IMG/VR virus record: IMGVR_UViG_3300025102_000017
Length of the DNA stretch: 64,000 nucleotides
Origin: an uncultured virus (IMG/VR IMGVR_UViG_3300025102_000017)
Taxonomy: Duplodnaviria; Heunggongvirae; Uroviricota; Caudoviricetes
Direction: 5' to 3' (one strand)
Under the pieces are notes generated by a model. That model worked only from the letters and a program-made list of their open reading frames with translations. It was not told the DNA's origin and searched no databases. The stretch's first letter is position 1. Every line of letters begins with the position of its first letter. Made by a program: the position numbers and the translations under genes. Of this stretch, positions 19,201 to 28,900 are shown piece after piece.

Positions 19201-21511
19201 ATCTGCTGGTAGGAAGTATCTGACCCCACCCGACCTGGTTGTTTACAACTCTAAGAGTGATCAAATCAGTGATATTACTAAGTTCCGGGTATCCTTGCAG
19301 GGTTCTGGTGTCAGTGAAGTGAATATTATTAGCGGTGGTAATAACCTCCGTAGTGGTGATAACAAACTCATTGCTATCAATAACACCAATGGAGTTGGTA
19401 TTGTTAGTGCATCCTATGCATTCCCCAATGTAACCCTGACACTCAAGACACCTACAACTGGTTTCACAAATGCTGTTCCACTTCCATTCGCTGTTGGGGA
19501 TAAGGTTTTTGTGGAGAATGTGGGCGTAACCACCGGTAATGGTTATAACTCTGCTGACTTCGCTTACAAAACTTTCACTCTTACTGCAGTCAACGCAAAC
19601 CTGAATGTATTCAACGGTGCAACCATCACCTACGAAACGGAACAAAATCCAGGTTCATATGATGGTAGTCAACTCGGATCTGTATCTAACATTGTTGACA
19701 TTGCTAAATTTGAGATTGACTTGGTAGAAAGCACGTTTGATAGTGGTGAAACTGTCTACAACCAGAATGGAGATACCTGTAAGGTAGTCTTTGGTGAGGG
19801 CAAACGATCCAATGTCATTAGAGTGGATAATGTTGATGGATTCTCTGTTGGTGACAAGGTGGTTGCAGAACTCTCCAACTCTGGCGGCACCATTGAACAG
19901 ATTGACACTCCCAAGGCACATTTTGAAACTGGTGTCGTCTACAATGGACGTTTTGGTTGGCAAGATGATGTTGGTAAACTGTCTGACATCTCTCAACGTA
20001 TCCAGGACAGTGATTACTATCAACAGTTCTCTTATTCACTGAAGTCTAAGATTGGCATCTCCTCTTGGAGTGAACCAGTTGATTCTTTGGCACACATTGC
20101 CGGATTCAAAAAGCATTCAGACATGCTGATCAATTCTGCTACTGTCGGAATTGGCACAACATCATTGATTGGTATTGCCGGAGACGGTGGTGCTGCACAA
20201 GCGGTTGTTCTGATTGACAGTGGTGATAAGTTGAGTTGCTTCAAGACATTTGACACTGGATTTGAGGTCCCTGATGCAACAAACACCATCAGTGACAAGA
20301 TTGTCTTTACAGGCACTAGATTTGGTGCCACTCTGATTTGTAAGGGTAACCGTGTATTGGAGATTGATGACATCAGTCCTCAGTTCTTCAATGATCCTGA
20401 CATTCTCAAGTCAGTCAATATTGATAAGTTCCCCAAGAGTGGTGCTGATGCTCCCTCTGGCGTCAAGTATCACGCTCAAGTGGTTCTGGACGAATCATTG
20501 GGTCAAACATTCAACACCACACAGTATGCCGAATTTGCTGTATTCAGTGATGGCACTGACTGCTATATCAACCAGTATTCTGACTTGGCAGACTCCTTCG
20601 ATTTGGGCGAGTTCTTTGCCGTAATCGATACCGATGATGTGTTGGTTCAGTTCCAACCCTTCAACAATACATTCACGTATGACATTACCTTCTATAAGGA
20701 AGAATTGCCTCGTGATGTAGCAGTCGGCATTGCTAGCACTGCATTCAGTCATGTTGAGAAGCAAGGTATTAGTTCTTCGTTTGCTTCTTCTGGATCTCCA
20801 GTCACAGAAACCATGATTGACATTGATGGAACTAAATTCCGTTCTGGTTCAATCATCGTCGCTCATGAGACTGCAACTGAGGTTGAAGTGGAAGAGTACA
20901 ACTTCCTGATGGATGGTACTGGTGATGTTATCTACAGTGACTACGGTAACTTGGATAGCGGCACTACGTTAGGTGACTTTGATATGTCTCAATCAAGTGA
21001 TGTGTTGAGTCTTACCTACACCCCTGCTGCCAATCAGGCAGTTGATGTTCACTTGCTGAACACGTTGGTGGGTGTTGCTCAAACAGCACAATCTAATGTT
21101 TCTGGTATTACAACCATGTTCGTTGGAGACTCACAACTCAATGGTGCATACGTTGCAATCTCTGCTGAAGCATCGCCTTCACTGACTCCGATATCAACCA
21201 AGAGCACGACTATCTTCACATCATGCAAGTATTTTGTAGAAATACATAATACTACAGACGATGAATACTCTGTGTTTACTGTCGCTGCTAATTCCACTAA
21301 CGGCAACGTAAACTATAACACATACAATAACCTATCTAACGCTGCTCAACCACGTCGGGATATTCGCGAAGTGGAGGTTGATCTGGATGGTTCAGATATG
21401 AGATTGATGTTTATGCCTTTGGCGAATAAGGCGTATATTTGCCGGACATATGAGATACGACTTGATCGTCCTGATAGTATCGCAACAGACACCACAATAA
21501 CTATTCCATAA
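13268..21511 (+). CDS. Giant baseplate wedge initiator (gp7-like) structural protein with YHYH-like motifs
   Basis: 2747 aa ORF after gp6; AKDFYRTKGT, HSPILGYAYDGNPIYGP, DLDEHNGRF and IQDSDYYQQFSYSLKS. Confidence 0.75.
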   Translation: MIETSLTRVKIHEVVESQIPESIDTENPLFGEFMKQYYLSQEYQGGPVDIAENLVEYKSLDVLSNNNLTGFTTVTEYVEGYHDTIYVGSTKGWPGSWGLLKIDNEIITYTGIGTTSFTGCKRGFSGIENNHKTNQPEYLTFTSTGISTHGLGAKVQNLSNRFLHSFLKKLKKQVLPGFSERPLNEKVNQNNFIRQAKDFYRTKGTEESFKILFGALYGEEVEMLQPARYMIRPSAADYLTNDVLLAKGKSGDALKIEGQTISQGDGTSASVYAVESSIVGVTTYYKISLSKGTTLGTFNQINKTYVTREIPSGATVLDVDSTVGFDTSGFFSLEGQVYPYTNSNYTQFIGINSTTSQIAIGATVTAGLTALSYENGDLSLPVEVEIVGILASYSGYSENQQRQSIINVKQIGNNETDLRFATWIQNSASKHTLLGWKSLGQGKYQLDFSRTHDYYKSDTLDVVDPDNNVQTATISTILSDSSVVVTTTTLDPNIVYFVRRNIKLRDGHTADVQATYRDNGDAVYVASNSIPHWDMAASKRVREVFPYLQTPGTTINLNDHHFADGDIVTYKASNGVALDNLIEGDSYYVKRLNGNQFSLSLTLENVRNGIYVVGITTDDSNRQTEQHFTPTQFYGIDNDSQKLLRKFPVPEFGDGEKDATKAGGIGLFANGVEIHSYKSTEKVFYGAVRSVDVLNSGDDYDIANPPRLSLTQPNHTGLGASCVALVQGTLEDILVDTEGVDYQETPLVSIKGGNHKGSCVIRPQTKIVPQVVTFDATSAGGVVNTEQDRFSFPNPHGLKHGEAVIYSSFGTTEVGIGTTPGNLIDGNPYYVVVKDEFEIMLSESPEKALAGIGTIPLDSNGAGTHQFSTIKRRNKLDKIYIEEPGVFYNRKLQFSSGTVGINTFIDAFFYPDHGFVDNDEIRYASPDGGDIGGLTEGTDYFCQRLDKDRFRLSTVDTGESYVSLINDGSGDHILGDPPIFINIVGRQGITTANATATPILRGKITSVQVTEAGTKFGSTVINDNFRPDVTVIEGKNSYLQPFIVNGRVESIIVKAGGQDYFNLPDIEISGDGIGAKAKAVIENGEIKDIIMIYKGVNYTQGQTTAKARTPGSGCILSANLKEWNVNAVDRYAKLGQVGLDDGYYTNPREAGYGLPYVNYYPSRKLRDYLGDEGQTHSPILGYAYDGNPIYGPYAFEGTNGGALKYMESSYIKVTGQRFDGPPILNFPAGFFVEDYKYVPGYGDLDEHNGRFAVTPEYPNGVYAYYTTVSPNLVANPGDPFNQSRTPIFPYVVGETYRSKLESKNFEFDFDQRQDPTQYGLVKNTRGYNIDEYEFISNSNKGTLIQSQIYSTEEGPVERIKIVDGGEEYNVDDNLVFDNNGTQGFGAIGRVAKIVGPVATDIESTLLELDDIEFLFKEGVVTGISTVPHGLNNNSFVKVSDVSSQRHIQLQGIHQIRVPQVTSGIVTALQTINANSGFTTSVRLADNVNVFNVNDIVQVDDEQMKVFGVDELQNQLDLIREFNGTVAAAHTFGVAIKQLPTRFEFDLEYIPATPENYTVYFDAGNVVGLGLSYGAVNNHTIDTVDFGQQTIPTRSIFVPRHEFETGDKITYKSENGTRLNYQPTTGAGGTDSGWTSPVPETDLYVQVLSQNTIGIVTTYSGISSAEARIMYYPDQTGIGNTHLFLTDRDAVTGKVSTTNVLVTTRDDHTLRPLDNIDMTVVSAATSSVSLVYDPGSRFVSIGNSANPRIDVTRGDTLEFDVSDASMVDTKIQFFLDPEFRKEFVGSGTTDPQVTYSGVAGNANATATVAMDTDAPEILYYRVNSLSSVKTIDENIDIDDYNKIVVNNSVYSAAGTISTVASNQFTFNVFKQPERVGYTTVTANIAYLTDSKTDAGPVAVVDLLSGGIGYRDVPKVSVASTSGTSALLRPTGSKIGKISEVRISGYGFDYPSDKTLRPEAAIPQIIYLKDNFSIDRVGITSAGRKYLTPPDLVVYNSKSDQISDITKFRVSLQGSGVSEVNIISGGNNLRSGDNKLIAINNTNGVGIVSASYAFPNVTLTLKTPTTGFTNAVPLPFAVGDKVFVENVGVTTGNGYNSADFAYKTFTLTAVNANLNVFNGATITYETEQNPGSYDGSQLGSVSNIVDIAKFEIDLVESTFDSGETVYNQNGDTCKVVFGEGKRSNVIRVDNVDGFSVGDKVVAELSNSGGTIEQIDTPKAHFETGVVYNGRFGWQDDVGKLSDISQRIQDSDYYQQFSYSLKSKIGISSWSEPVDSLAHIAGFKKHSDMLINSATVGIGTTSLIGIAGDGGAAQAVVLIDSGDKLSCFKTFDTGFEVPDATNTISDKIVFTGTRFGATLICKGNRVLEIDDISPQFFNDPDILKSVNIDKFPKSGADAPSGVKYHAQVVLDESLGQTFNTTQYAEFAVFSDGTDCYINQYSDLADSFDLGEFFAVIDTDDVLVQFQPFNNTFTYDITFYKEELPRDVAVGIASTAFSHVEKQGISSSFASSGSPVTETMIDIDGTKFRSGSIIVAHETATEVEVEEYNFLMDGTGDVIYSDYGNLDSGTTLGDFDMSQSSDVLSLTYTPAANQAVDVHLLNTLVGVAQTAQSNVSGITTMFVGDSQLNGAYVAISAEASPSLTPISTKSTTIFTSCKYFVEIHNTTDDEYSVFTVAANSTNGNVNYNTYNNLSNAAQPRRDIREVEVDLDGSDMRLMFMPLANKAYICRTYEIRLDRPDSIATDTTITIP

Positions 21512-24378
21512 TGTCGTTCAATCTGGGTTCTGTCAATAAGAAATTCAATTCCGAAACGGAGAGTTTCAGACGGACATTCAAACTAAATCATAAATTCGAC
21601 CCGATTTTTCGGAAAGAATTTGATGGGAGCAGCACGGGTGCGGTGATTTCTGGTAGCGATAGTATCGTTATCAACAATCACTTCTTTGTGACTGGTGAGG
21701 AGTTGAATTATACTTGTGCGACTGGTAATTCCCCTATCGGTATTCAACATGGTGTGAATGGTGTGGGTGCTGCAACCACCATGCCATCTGAGGTGTTTGC
21801 CATCAAAGTCAATGAGAACACATTCAAATTAGCAGCAACAAAAGCACTTGCATTGACATCGGATGCCATCGGTATTACCACTGTAGGTATTGGCACCACT
21901 CATTTTTTCCAAGCGAAGAAGCAAAATACAAAATGTATCATTGCCGTAGATGATATTATTCAATCACCGCTGTACAAGAAGCATGGTGTGACAACCACCT
22001 TGTCGGCATTGAATAATAAAGATGTCACCCTTGCTGATGGATCTCTTTTTGAAAGATTTGATCTAATTCAAATTGACGATGAGATCATGCGAATTAGACT
22101 AACAAATATTGGTGGTGACCCAGATAAATTTACAGTGGATCGTGCCTGGATGGGCACTAAGCAAGATAACCACGCAGTTGGTGCCACTGTCCAGTTCATG
22201 TTGGGCGACTATAATATCATTGATAATGAGATTACGTTCGTTGATGTTCCGTTTGGTGGTACACGTCGGACAGTTGGTATTACGTCAGAAGACATCAATC
22301 TAACTGGTAATTACTTTACTAAGTTGACGGATGATCTAGATACCGGGACAAAAGTAAAACTTAGAAGTGGTAATGCTCCTGCACCTTTAGAAGCAAATAG
22401 AGATTACTTTATTATCAAAAATACAGCAAACAATTTCTCGTTTGCTAACAGCAAAGATGATGCTCTAACTGGTGTCAAACTAACATTGACCACTGTTGGT
22501 ATTGGCACTCACAATCTTGTCAATGCTGACACCCTAGTTGGTAGTACCTTCCAAGGTCGTGCTTTCCAGCGTAGTAATTATGATGGCAATATGGTCTTTG
22601 ATGACATCTCCGATTCCTTCACAGGTATTGGTAAAACCTTTACATTGAAAGAAGATAATACTGATATCATTGGTGTTACAACAGACTTTGGTGCAATTCT
22701 AATCAACAACATTTTCCAAAAACCTGACGTTGATTATGAGTTTATCAGTTCACCCACTCCAGGCATCACTTCAGTCTTCTTCAAAGGAAATGACGAACCT
22801 GGTTTTATTGCCAATACTAACCCCAATGATGTAAATGCTAACCGCCTTCCTCGTAGAGGTATTATCGTTTCATTTGGAAATACACAAGGTATTGGTTTTC
22901 AACCAGGTGCTTATGATGACATCGCATTAGTCAGTGCCAATACAGGAATTGGTGCGAGTGTTATTGTAAACGTAGGTACTGGAAGAAGTCTCGGTCAAAT
23001 TGACATTGTAAATCCTGGGTACGGATACACTGTTGGTGAAGAACTTACAGTCGTCGGTATTCCCACTATCTCTGATTACGGAGTAGATTTTACACCTCCT
23101 ACAGTCACGGTGTTAGATACTCACGATGATGAATTTGCTGGATGGGTGTTTGGTAAACTGCAAATCCTAGATGATTTCTCAGACCAGTTTGATGGACGCC
23201 GTAGCGTATTCCAGATTACTAAGGACAATGTTCCCCTGAGTATTGAAAAACTTGATGGTAGTAACATTGAACTAGAAGATGTTTTATTGATCTTTATCAA
23301 TGATGTCTTACAAAAACCTGGTAAGGCATATGTGTTTGATGGTGGTACCCGTATTAGATTTACAGAACCTCCACGAGCAGGATCTAGTCTACAGTTCCTA
23401 TTCTATAGGGGCACTGATTCTGATATCACTTCTGCTGAGGACACTCCTGATGTCAAGGAAGGAGATGATGTTCGTCTTGGCAAGCAGGACTTCAGAGTTA
23501 TGCGTGGAGTTTTGAGTAGAGATACTATTCAGACCACAAATTATAAGGGTCCTTTCATTACAGATGCATCTATCCCAACTAGGGTTATTGATATCTGTAA
23601 GCAAACTGAAGATAAATTTGTTGAGGGCGTAAAAGTTCCTAAGTCACGTCCTTTCCTTGGTGCAAGGATTTACCCTGCTGCACGTTTGATTAGAGACGTT
23701 GCAATCCTCGACACAGAGGTTTATGTAGACAGTGGTGCCTTGATCTTTAGTAAGACTGAGGGCGATAGTTTCAATCTTCAGGAAGATTGGCCTATGCGTA
23801 TTGTTGACAATGAGGTGAGTTCGGTTGGATACGGCACTACAGGGTTCCGTGTCGTCGAAACAAACCACGACGTTGCAAATATTGTAGGTGATAGTGGATA
23901 TCTTTGTGGCGTAGGTTCAACTGCCCAAGGATTACAGTTCCACTTCCATATTGCGCTGAATGACCCTCAACGCCAAAACCAATATGGTTCTATAACTAAG
24001 ACCGGTATTGGCACGGGAGATTATTTCATTCTTTCCCGCACTAACCTAGGAACTGGGTGCACTGCGCTTTCTCAAGATAGAACAACAACTGTGGGTATTG
24101 CCACAACCTGTCTTGATGGTATATACGAGTGCTCTCATATTGAAGACCTTGGTAGTAGTGTTGTCAAGGTTCACGTAAACATAGAATCCGGTCATGGACT
24201 GGTGTTTACTGGTCTACATAGCGAGGTTGGCACTCATTATGGGGAGTTTAGTTGGGCAAAAATTACTGCCAATTCCAACATAGGCACGACCTTTACGGTA
24301 AACAAAACCGGGTTGATTGGTATATCTACCGCGCCAACTGTCACCCGAGAACAGAAACTCCTCGTGGATTATCCATAA
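21511..24378 (+). CDS. Virion structural protein (baseplate-associated)
   Basis: 955 aa, beta-rich, DDISDSFTG / DDFSDQFDG modules; translationally coupled to the upstream gene. Confidence 0.7.
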   Translation: MSFNLGSVNKKFNSETESFRRTFKLNHKFDPIFRKEFDGSSTGAVISGSDSIVINNHFFVTGEELNYTCATGNSPIGIQHGVNGVGAATTMPSEVFAIKVNENTFKLAATKALALTSDAIGITTVGIGTTHFFQAKKQNTKCIIAVDDIIQSPLYKKHGVTTTLSALNNKDVTLADGSLFERFDLIQIDDEIMRIRLTNIGGDPDKFTVDRAWMGTKQDNHAVGATVQFMLGDYNIIDNEITFVDVPFGGTRRTVGITSEDINLTGNYFTKLTDDLDTGTKVKLRSGNAPAPLEANRDYFIIKNTANNFSFANSKDDALTGVKLTLTTVGIGTHNLVNADTLVGSTFQGRAFQRSNYDGNMVFDDISDSFTGIGKTFTLKEDNTDIIGVTTDFGAILINNIFQKPDVDYEFISSPTPGITSVFFKGNDEPGFIANTNPNDVNANRLPRRGIIVSFGNTQGIGFQPGAYDDIALVSANTGIGASVIVNVGTGRSLGQIDIVNPGYGYTVGEELTVVGIPTISDYGVDFTPPTVTVLDTHDDEFAGWVFGKLQILDDFSDQFDGRRSVFQITKDNVPLSIEKLDGSNIELEDVLLIFINDVLQKPGKAYVFDGGTRIRFTEPPRAGSSLQFLFYRGTDSDITSAEDTPDVKEGDDVRLGKQDFRVMRGVLSRDTIQTTNYKGPFITDASIPTRVIDICKQTEDKFVEGVKVPKSRPFLGARIYPAARLIRDVAILDTEVYVDSGALIFSKTEGDSFNLQEDWPMRIVDNEVSSVGYGTTGFRVVETNHDVANIVGDSGYLCGVGSTAQGLQFHFHIALNDPQRQNQYGSITKTGIGTGDYFILSRTNLGTGCTALSQDRTTTVGIATTCLDGIYECSHIEDLGSSVVKVHVNIESGHGLVFTGLHSEVGTHYGEFSWAKITANSNIGTTFTVNKTGLIGISTAPTVTREQKLLVDYP

Positions 24379-24381
24379 ATA
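24375..24381 (+). promoter_or_regulatory. Late promoter (ATAAATA)
   Basis: Upstream of gp8. Confidence 0.6.
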
Positions 24382-24408
24382 ATGTGAATCGAGAAGTCAT
24401 TTAGCATA

Positions 24409-25938
24409 ATGCCCGCCATCATTACTGATCAAATTAGAGTATTGAATGCTTCTAACTTTGTCAGTGGCATCTCTACCACGGACAATAGTTATTATGTGTT
24501 CATGGGCTTGCCTAATGCTACTGATGTCGCTGCCGACTGGAACACTGATACTCCATCACCAATCGATAACTTCGACCAGCATGATGATATCTACGACACG
24601 TTGATCTCTGCTAAAAAGATCAATAGTAGTGATGTGTTGCGAGTTGTTCGCAAAATCTCATGGACTAGTGGTACTACCTATGAGATGTATAGACATGACT
24701 ATAGCATTGATAGGTTGACGCCCAACACCAGTTCAACTGGTTTGTATAAGGCAAATTATTATGTGATGAACTCTGACTACAGAGTTTATGAGTGTCTGTA
24801 TAACGGAGCAGACCCTGCCAATGGTGGCAAAGGCGTGATTTCTTTGCAAGAACCTGTTCACACAGATCTGCAACCACGTCTTGAAAGTGATGGGTATATT
24901 TGGAAGTATCTTTATACTATCAAACCAAGCAACATTGTAAAGTTTGATAGTGCTGAGTTCATTCCCCTTCCTTCTGACTGGGCGATTAGCACTGATACTG
25001 CTGACGTGCGAAATACTGCCGTCGATGGTCGTATTGAAGTGGTTGTGATTGAAGATGTGGTCAACGCATCATATCAATTCACTGGAACTAAAAATAACGT
25101 CCCCATCAAGGGTGATGGTTCAGGTGGATTTGCGTCAGTCACCTTTGTCAATGGAAAACCGACTGCGGTTCAAGTTACCAATGGTGGTACTGGTTACACC
25201 TTTGGTACTTTAGATCTTGACTCTGTTGTCACTGGTTCCGGTGCATCTTTTACCGTCATCATTCCCCCTCCAGGTGGACATGGTGCTGACATTTATCGCG
25301 AACTTGGTTCAAACAAAGTTCTCATTTACTCTAGATTTGAGAACAGTGATGTAACGAATCCTGATTTCCCCGTAGGAAACCAGTTCGCTCGTATCGGTAT
25401 TATCAAGAACCCCGAAATGCAAGGGAGTTCTAATCTGTTGTCTGACCCCACCGTGTCAGGGATGTTCGGCGTGCGACTGGCAGGTGCCGCATCAACCACG
25501 ATGGTCGTTCAGAACGATGGTATTGTAAAACAAACTGTAGGTGTAGGTTCGACTGCTATTGGTAAGATTATTTCTTACGACAATACGACTCGGGTCCTGA
25601 ATTATTGGCAAGATCGCTCTCTGGCAGATGGATCTACCACATCCCTTCACCAATTCACTCTAAATAGATTTACGAAAACCCCTGGTTCAGGTGGTTCTTT
25701 GAACGTTGTTGTGAAGACAACCGGCGGCGAAGAAACCCTAACCGTTGACACTGCTTTTACTGGAGTCTCTACGACTATCAATAATCGCACTTATTATTTG
25801 GGTCAAACATACAATTCTGGTATTGCCTCCCCAGAGATCAAGAAGTATTCCGGCGACATTATCTACGTAGATAACCGTCCTGAAGTAACTAGAGCATCTA
25901 ACCAGCGAGAGGATATCAAGATCATCTTAGAATTCTGA
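24409..25938 (+). CDS. gp8: Baseplate wedge subunit gp8
   Basis: MPAIITDQIR, YYVMNSDYRVYECLYN, DGYIWKYLYTI and terminal EDIKIILEF. Confidence 0.9.
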   Translation: MPAIITDQIRVLNASNFVSGISTTDNSYYVFMGLPNATDVAADWNTDTPSPIDNFDQHDDIYDTLISAKKINSSDVLRVVRKISWTSGTTYEMYRHDYSIDRLTPNTSSTGLYKANYYVMNSDYRVYECLYNGADPANGGKGVISLQEPVHTDLQPRLESDGYIWKYLYTIKPSNIVKFDSAEFIPLPSDWAISTDTADVRNTAVDGRIEVVVIEDVVNASYQFTGTKNNVPIKGDGSGGFASVTFVNGKPTAVQVTNGGTGYTFGTLDLDSVVTGSGASFTVIIPPPGGHGADIYRELGSNKVLIYSRFENSDVTNPDFPVGNQFARIGIIKNPEMQGSSNLLSDPTVSGMFGVRLAGAASTTMVVQNDGIVKQTVGVGSTAIGKIISYDNTTRVLNYWQDRSLADGSTTSLHQFTLNRFTKTPGSGGSLNVVVKTTGGEETLTVDTAFTGVSTTINNRTYYLGQTYNSGIASPEIKKYSGDIIYVDNRPEVTRASNQREDIKIILEF

Positions 25939-25942
25939 TACG

Positions 25943-28900
25943 ATGCCACAGAACACCAACCTAAACGTTTCTCCCTACTTTGACGACTTTGATTCTGAAA
26001 AGAATTATACTAAGATTCTTTTCAAACCAGGGTCACCGGTACAGGCAAGAGAACTGACCACGCTTCAGTCTGTCCTTCAGGGGCAGATTGAAAAGTTTGG
26101 CAAGCATATATTCAAAGAGGGATCTGTAGTTATCCCTGGAAAATATAACTACGACCCAGACTATACGTATGTCAAAATCGAATCTACCTTCTTTGGTGTT
26201 CCGGTAGAGTCGTATTATGACAAGCTGATTGGTCTCCGTATCCAAGGCAAGCAGTCTGGTGTGACTGCAAAGGTTGTAAACCTGTTGTCTTCAACTGAGT
26301 CGCTGACTGGAAATACCACCCTTTATATCAAGTATGAGGGCAGTTCTTCTGACCTCTCAGGTGATACATTCCTCGACGGTGAAAATCTGATTACCCTCAG
26401 TGATTTCACTTACGGAACCACCACTATTACGGCAGACTCTGATTTCGCTAGTGCTATTGCTGCCTCTGCTACTGGTACTGGTTGCTCCTTCAAACTGATC
26501 CGGGGTATCTTCTTTGCACGTGGTGCATTTATTGAAGTTCCAACTGATACTCTGATTCTTGATCAGTATACTAACAGACCTTCTTATCGAGTTGGTTTCC
26601 AAGTCACAGAAAAGATTGTTACTGCTGTTGATGACAGCACACTGTTTGATAATGCTGCTGGATTCTCTAACTTCACTGCTCCTGGTGCAGACCGACTGAA
26701 GATTAGTCTGTCTCTGACCAAGAAAGGTCTGACAGACTTCAATGATGAGAGTTTCATTGAACTGTATCGTACTGACGAAGGTAAGGTCAAGCAACTAGTT
26801 GACCGCACTGTCTATAACGAGATTGCTAAAGAATTTGCTCGTCGCACTTTCGATGAGAGTGGTGACTACTATGTCCGTAAGTTCCCCATCGAAGCAAAGG
26901 AGTGTCTGAACGACAGGTATAGTGTCTTTGGTCAGTTCCTGCCTAGTCGTTTGACTGAAGATGGTAATGTACCATCTAAGGACTTGATGTGTATTGGTGT
27001 GGGTCCTGGTAAGGCATACGTCAAAGGTTTTGAGAGTTACCTGCAAGGTTATCGTAACCTGGATGTCACAAAACCACGTACCACCAAACTAATCAAAGAT
27101 CGTGGTATCCCGTTCGTTGCGGGTAACCGCATGCGAGTCAACAACGTCTATGGCGGTGCTCAGATCAAACTGAATGCAGATACTGCTGACTTCGTTGATC
27201 TCCGCAGTAAGCGTCTGTTATCTAACCGCACCAGTTTGCCTGGTGATAGTATTGGACGTGCACGTGTATATGACTTCAAACTACAGAATGCTGCATACGC
27301 TGATGTGACGAGTGTGTTTGAGTTGATGTTGTTTGACATCCAACTTGACACTGTTCTTACACTGAACCAAGCACTTACCCTTGCGTCACCTGCTCGTATT
27401 GAGGGTGCTAGTTCTGGAGCTAAGGGTATGCTCCGAACTGACATGTCAAACACCACTAGTATGGTGTTGACTGATGTTGCTGGCACATTCTTAGAGGATG
27501 AGCAAATCCTCATCAATGGCGAACGTCAAGGTCGTGTCATCTCTTCTGTTAGAGACTATGACATGCAAGACGTGAAGTCTGTGCGTTCAACTGGTGGTTC
27601 TCGTACGTTTGCTGCTGACGTTGTTTTAGAAGAGAAGACTGCTTACACCAACACGTTCCAGTTGGCAGCGAACGGTAATCTGACTGCTTCTCTGACTAGT
27701 TGGGCTAAACTTCTGCGTGTTGGAGACATCGTATCCTACACTGATGTTTCCCAAACTGATCCTGTTTACCTGGAAGTCAGTGCTATTGCTGGAACTAATC
27801 AGAGTGCAACCCTGATTGACAGTTCTGACGGTGCTGTCGCTGGTGTTGCACACAATGCTATTCATAGCAGTGGCAACGTCACTATCACTGACCTGAAGAT
27901 CATTGCAGGTAGGATCAAGAACTCCGACGAAGGATTCCTGTATGCCGATATGCCTCACAGGTATATCGAAAGCGTTGATCTGACTGATTCTATTCTCTAT
28001 ATTCGTAAAGAATATACTGGTCAGACAACTAGTGGTGATGGTCAGTTGACCTTGCCATCCCTGGTGGGCACTGACTTTATCTATTCAGGATTTGATGAAG
28101 AGCGATATTCAGTTGTCTATACAGATGGAAGTATTGAACCACTGACATCAGATCAAGTTGTCCTCACTGGTGGTTCTAAGTCTGGAACCATTTCTGGACT
28201 GACTGCTTCTCAAAGTGCCAATGTGGTTGTTCAAACCACTCAGCAAAAAGCAAACGTCACCTCCAAGGTCAAGTCACTGGTCAAGCAGGCAACCCTTGTC
28301 GTTAGTGGATCTTCAAACATCAACTCTGGTATTTCTACTGGAATTAGTGATGGTCTGTCGCCAAGCAACATCTATGGTAAGCGTGTACAAGATGCAGAGG
28401 TATCTCTAGACGTTCCTGATGTGGTTACTGTCCACGCTGTGTTTGAGTCTTCAGGGACTGCTGGACCCACCATCCCGAACCTTCAAATGTCTTCCTTCAC
28501 TGGAAGTTCAGGCGACAACAGTGATCTAATCGTTGGTGAGATCGGTGTTGGTAAGAGTTCTGGTGCTGCTGCAATGATCCTTGCCCGTGATGGTGGCGAT
28601 AAGATCGAAATTTGTTCTAAGAATTCTAATAACTTTATTCCTACTGAAGAGATTGAGTTCTCTCAGAGTGGCGTTCGAGCAAATATTTCTAGCGTAAATC
28701 CTGGTGATCCTAACATCCGGGCTAACTTTGTGCTGGACAATGGTCAACGTGAAGAGTTTTATGACTTTGCACGTCTTGTACGTAAACCCAACTCCAATGC
28801 ACCTCAGGGGCAGTTGAAAGTTTACTTTGACCATTACACCATCAACTCTGAGGACGGTGGTGATATCCTTACAGCATCTAGTTATGAACGACCAGAATAC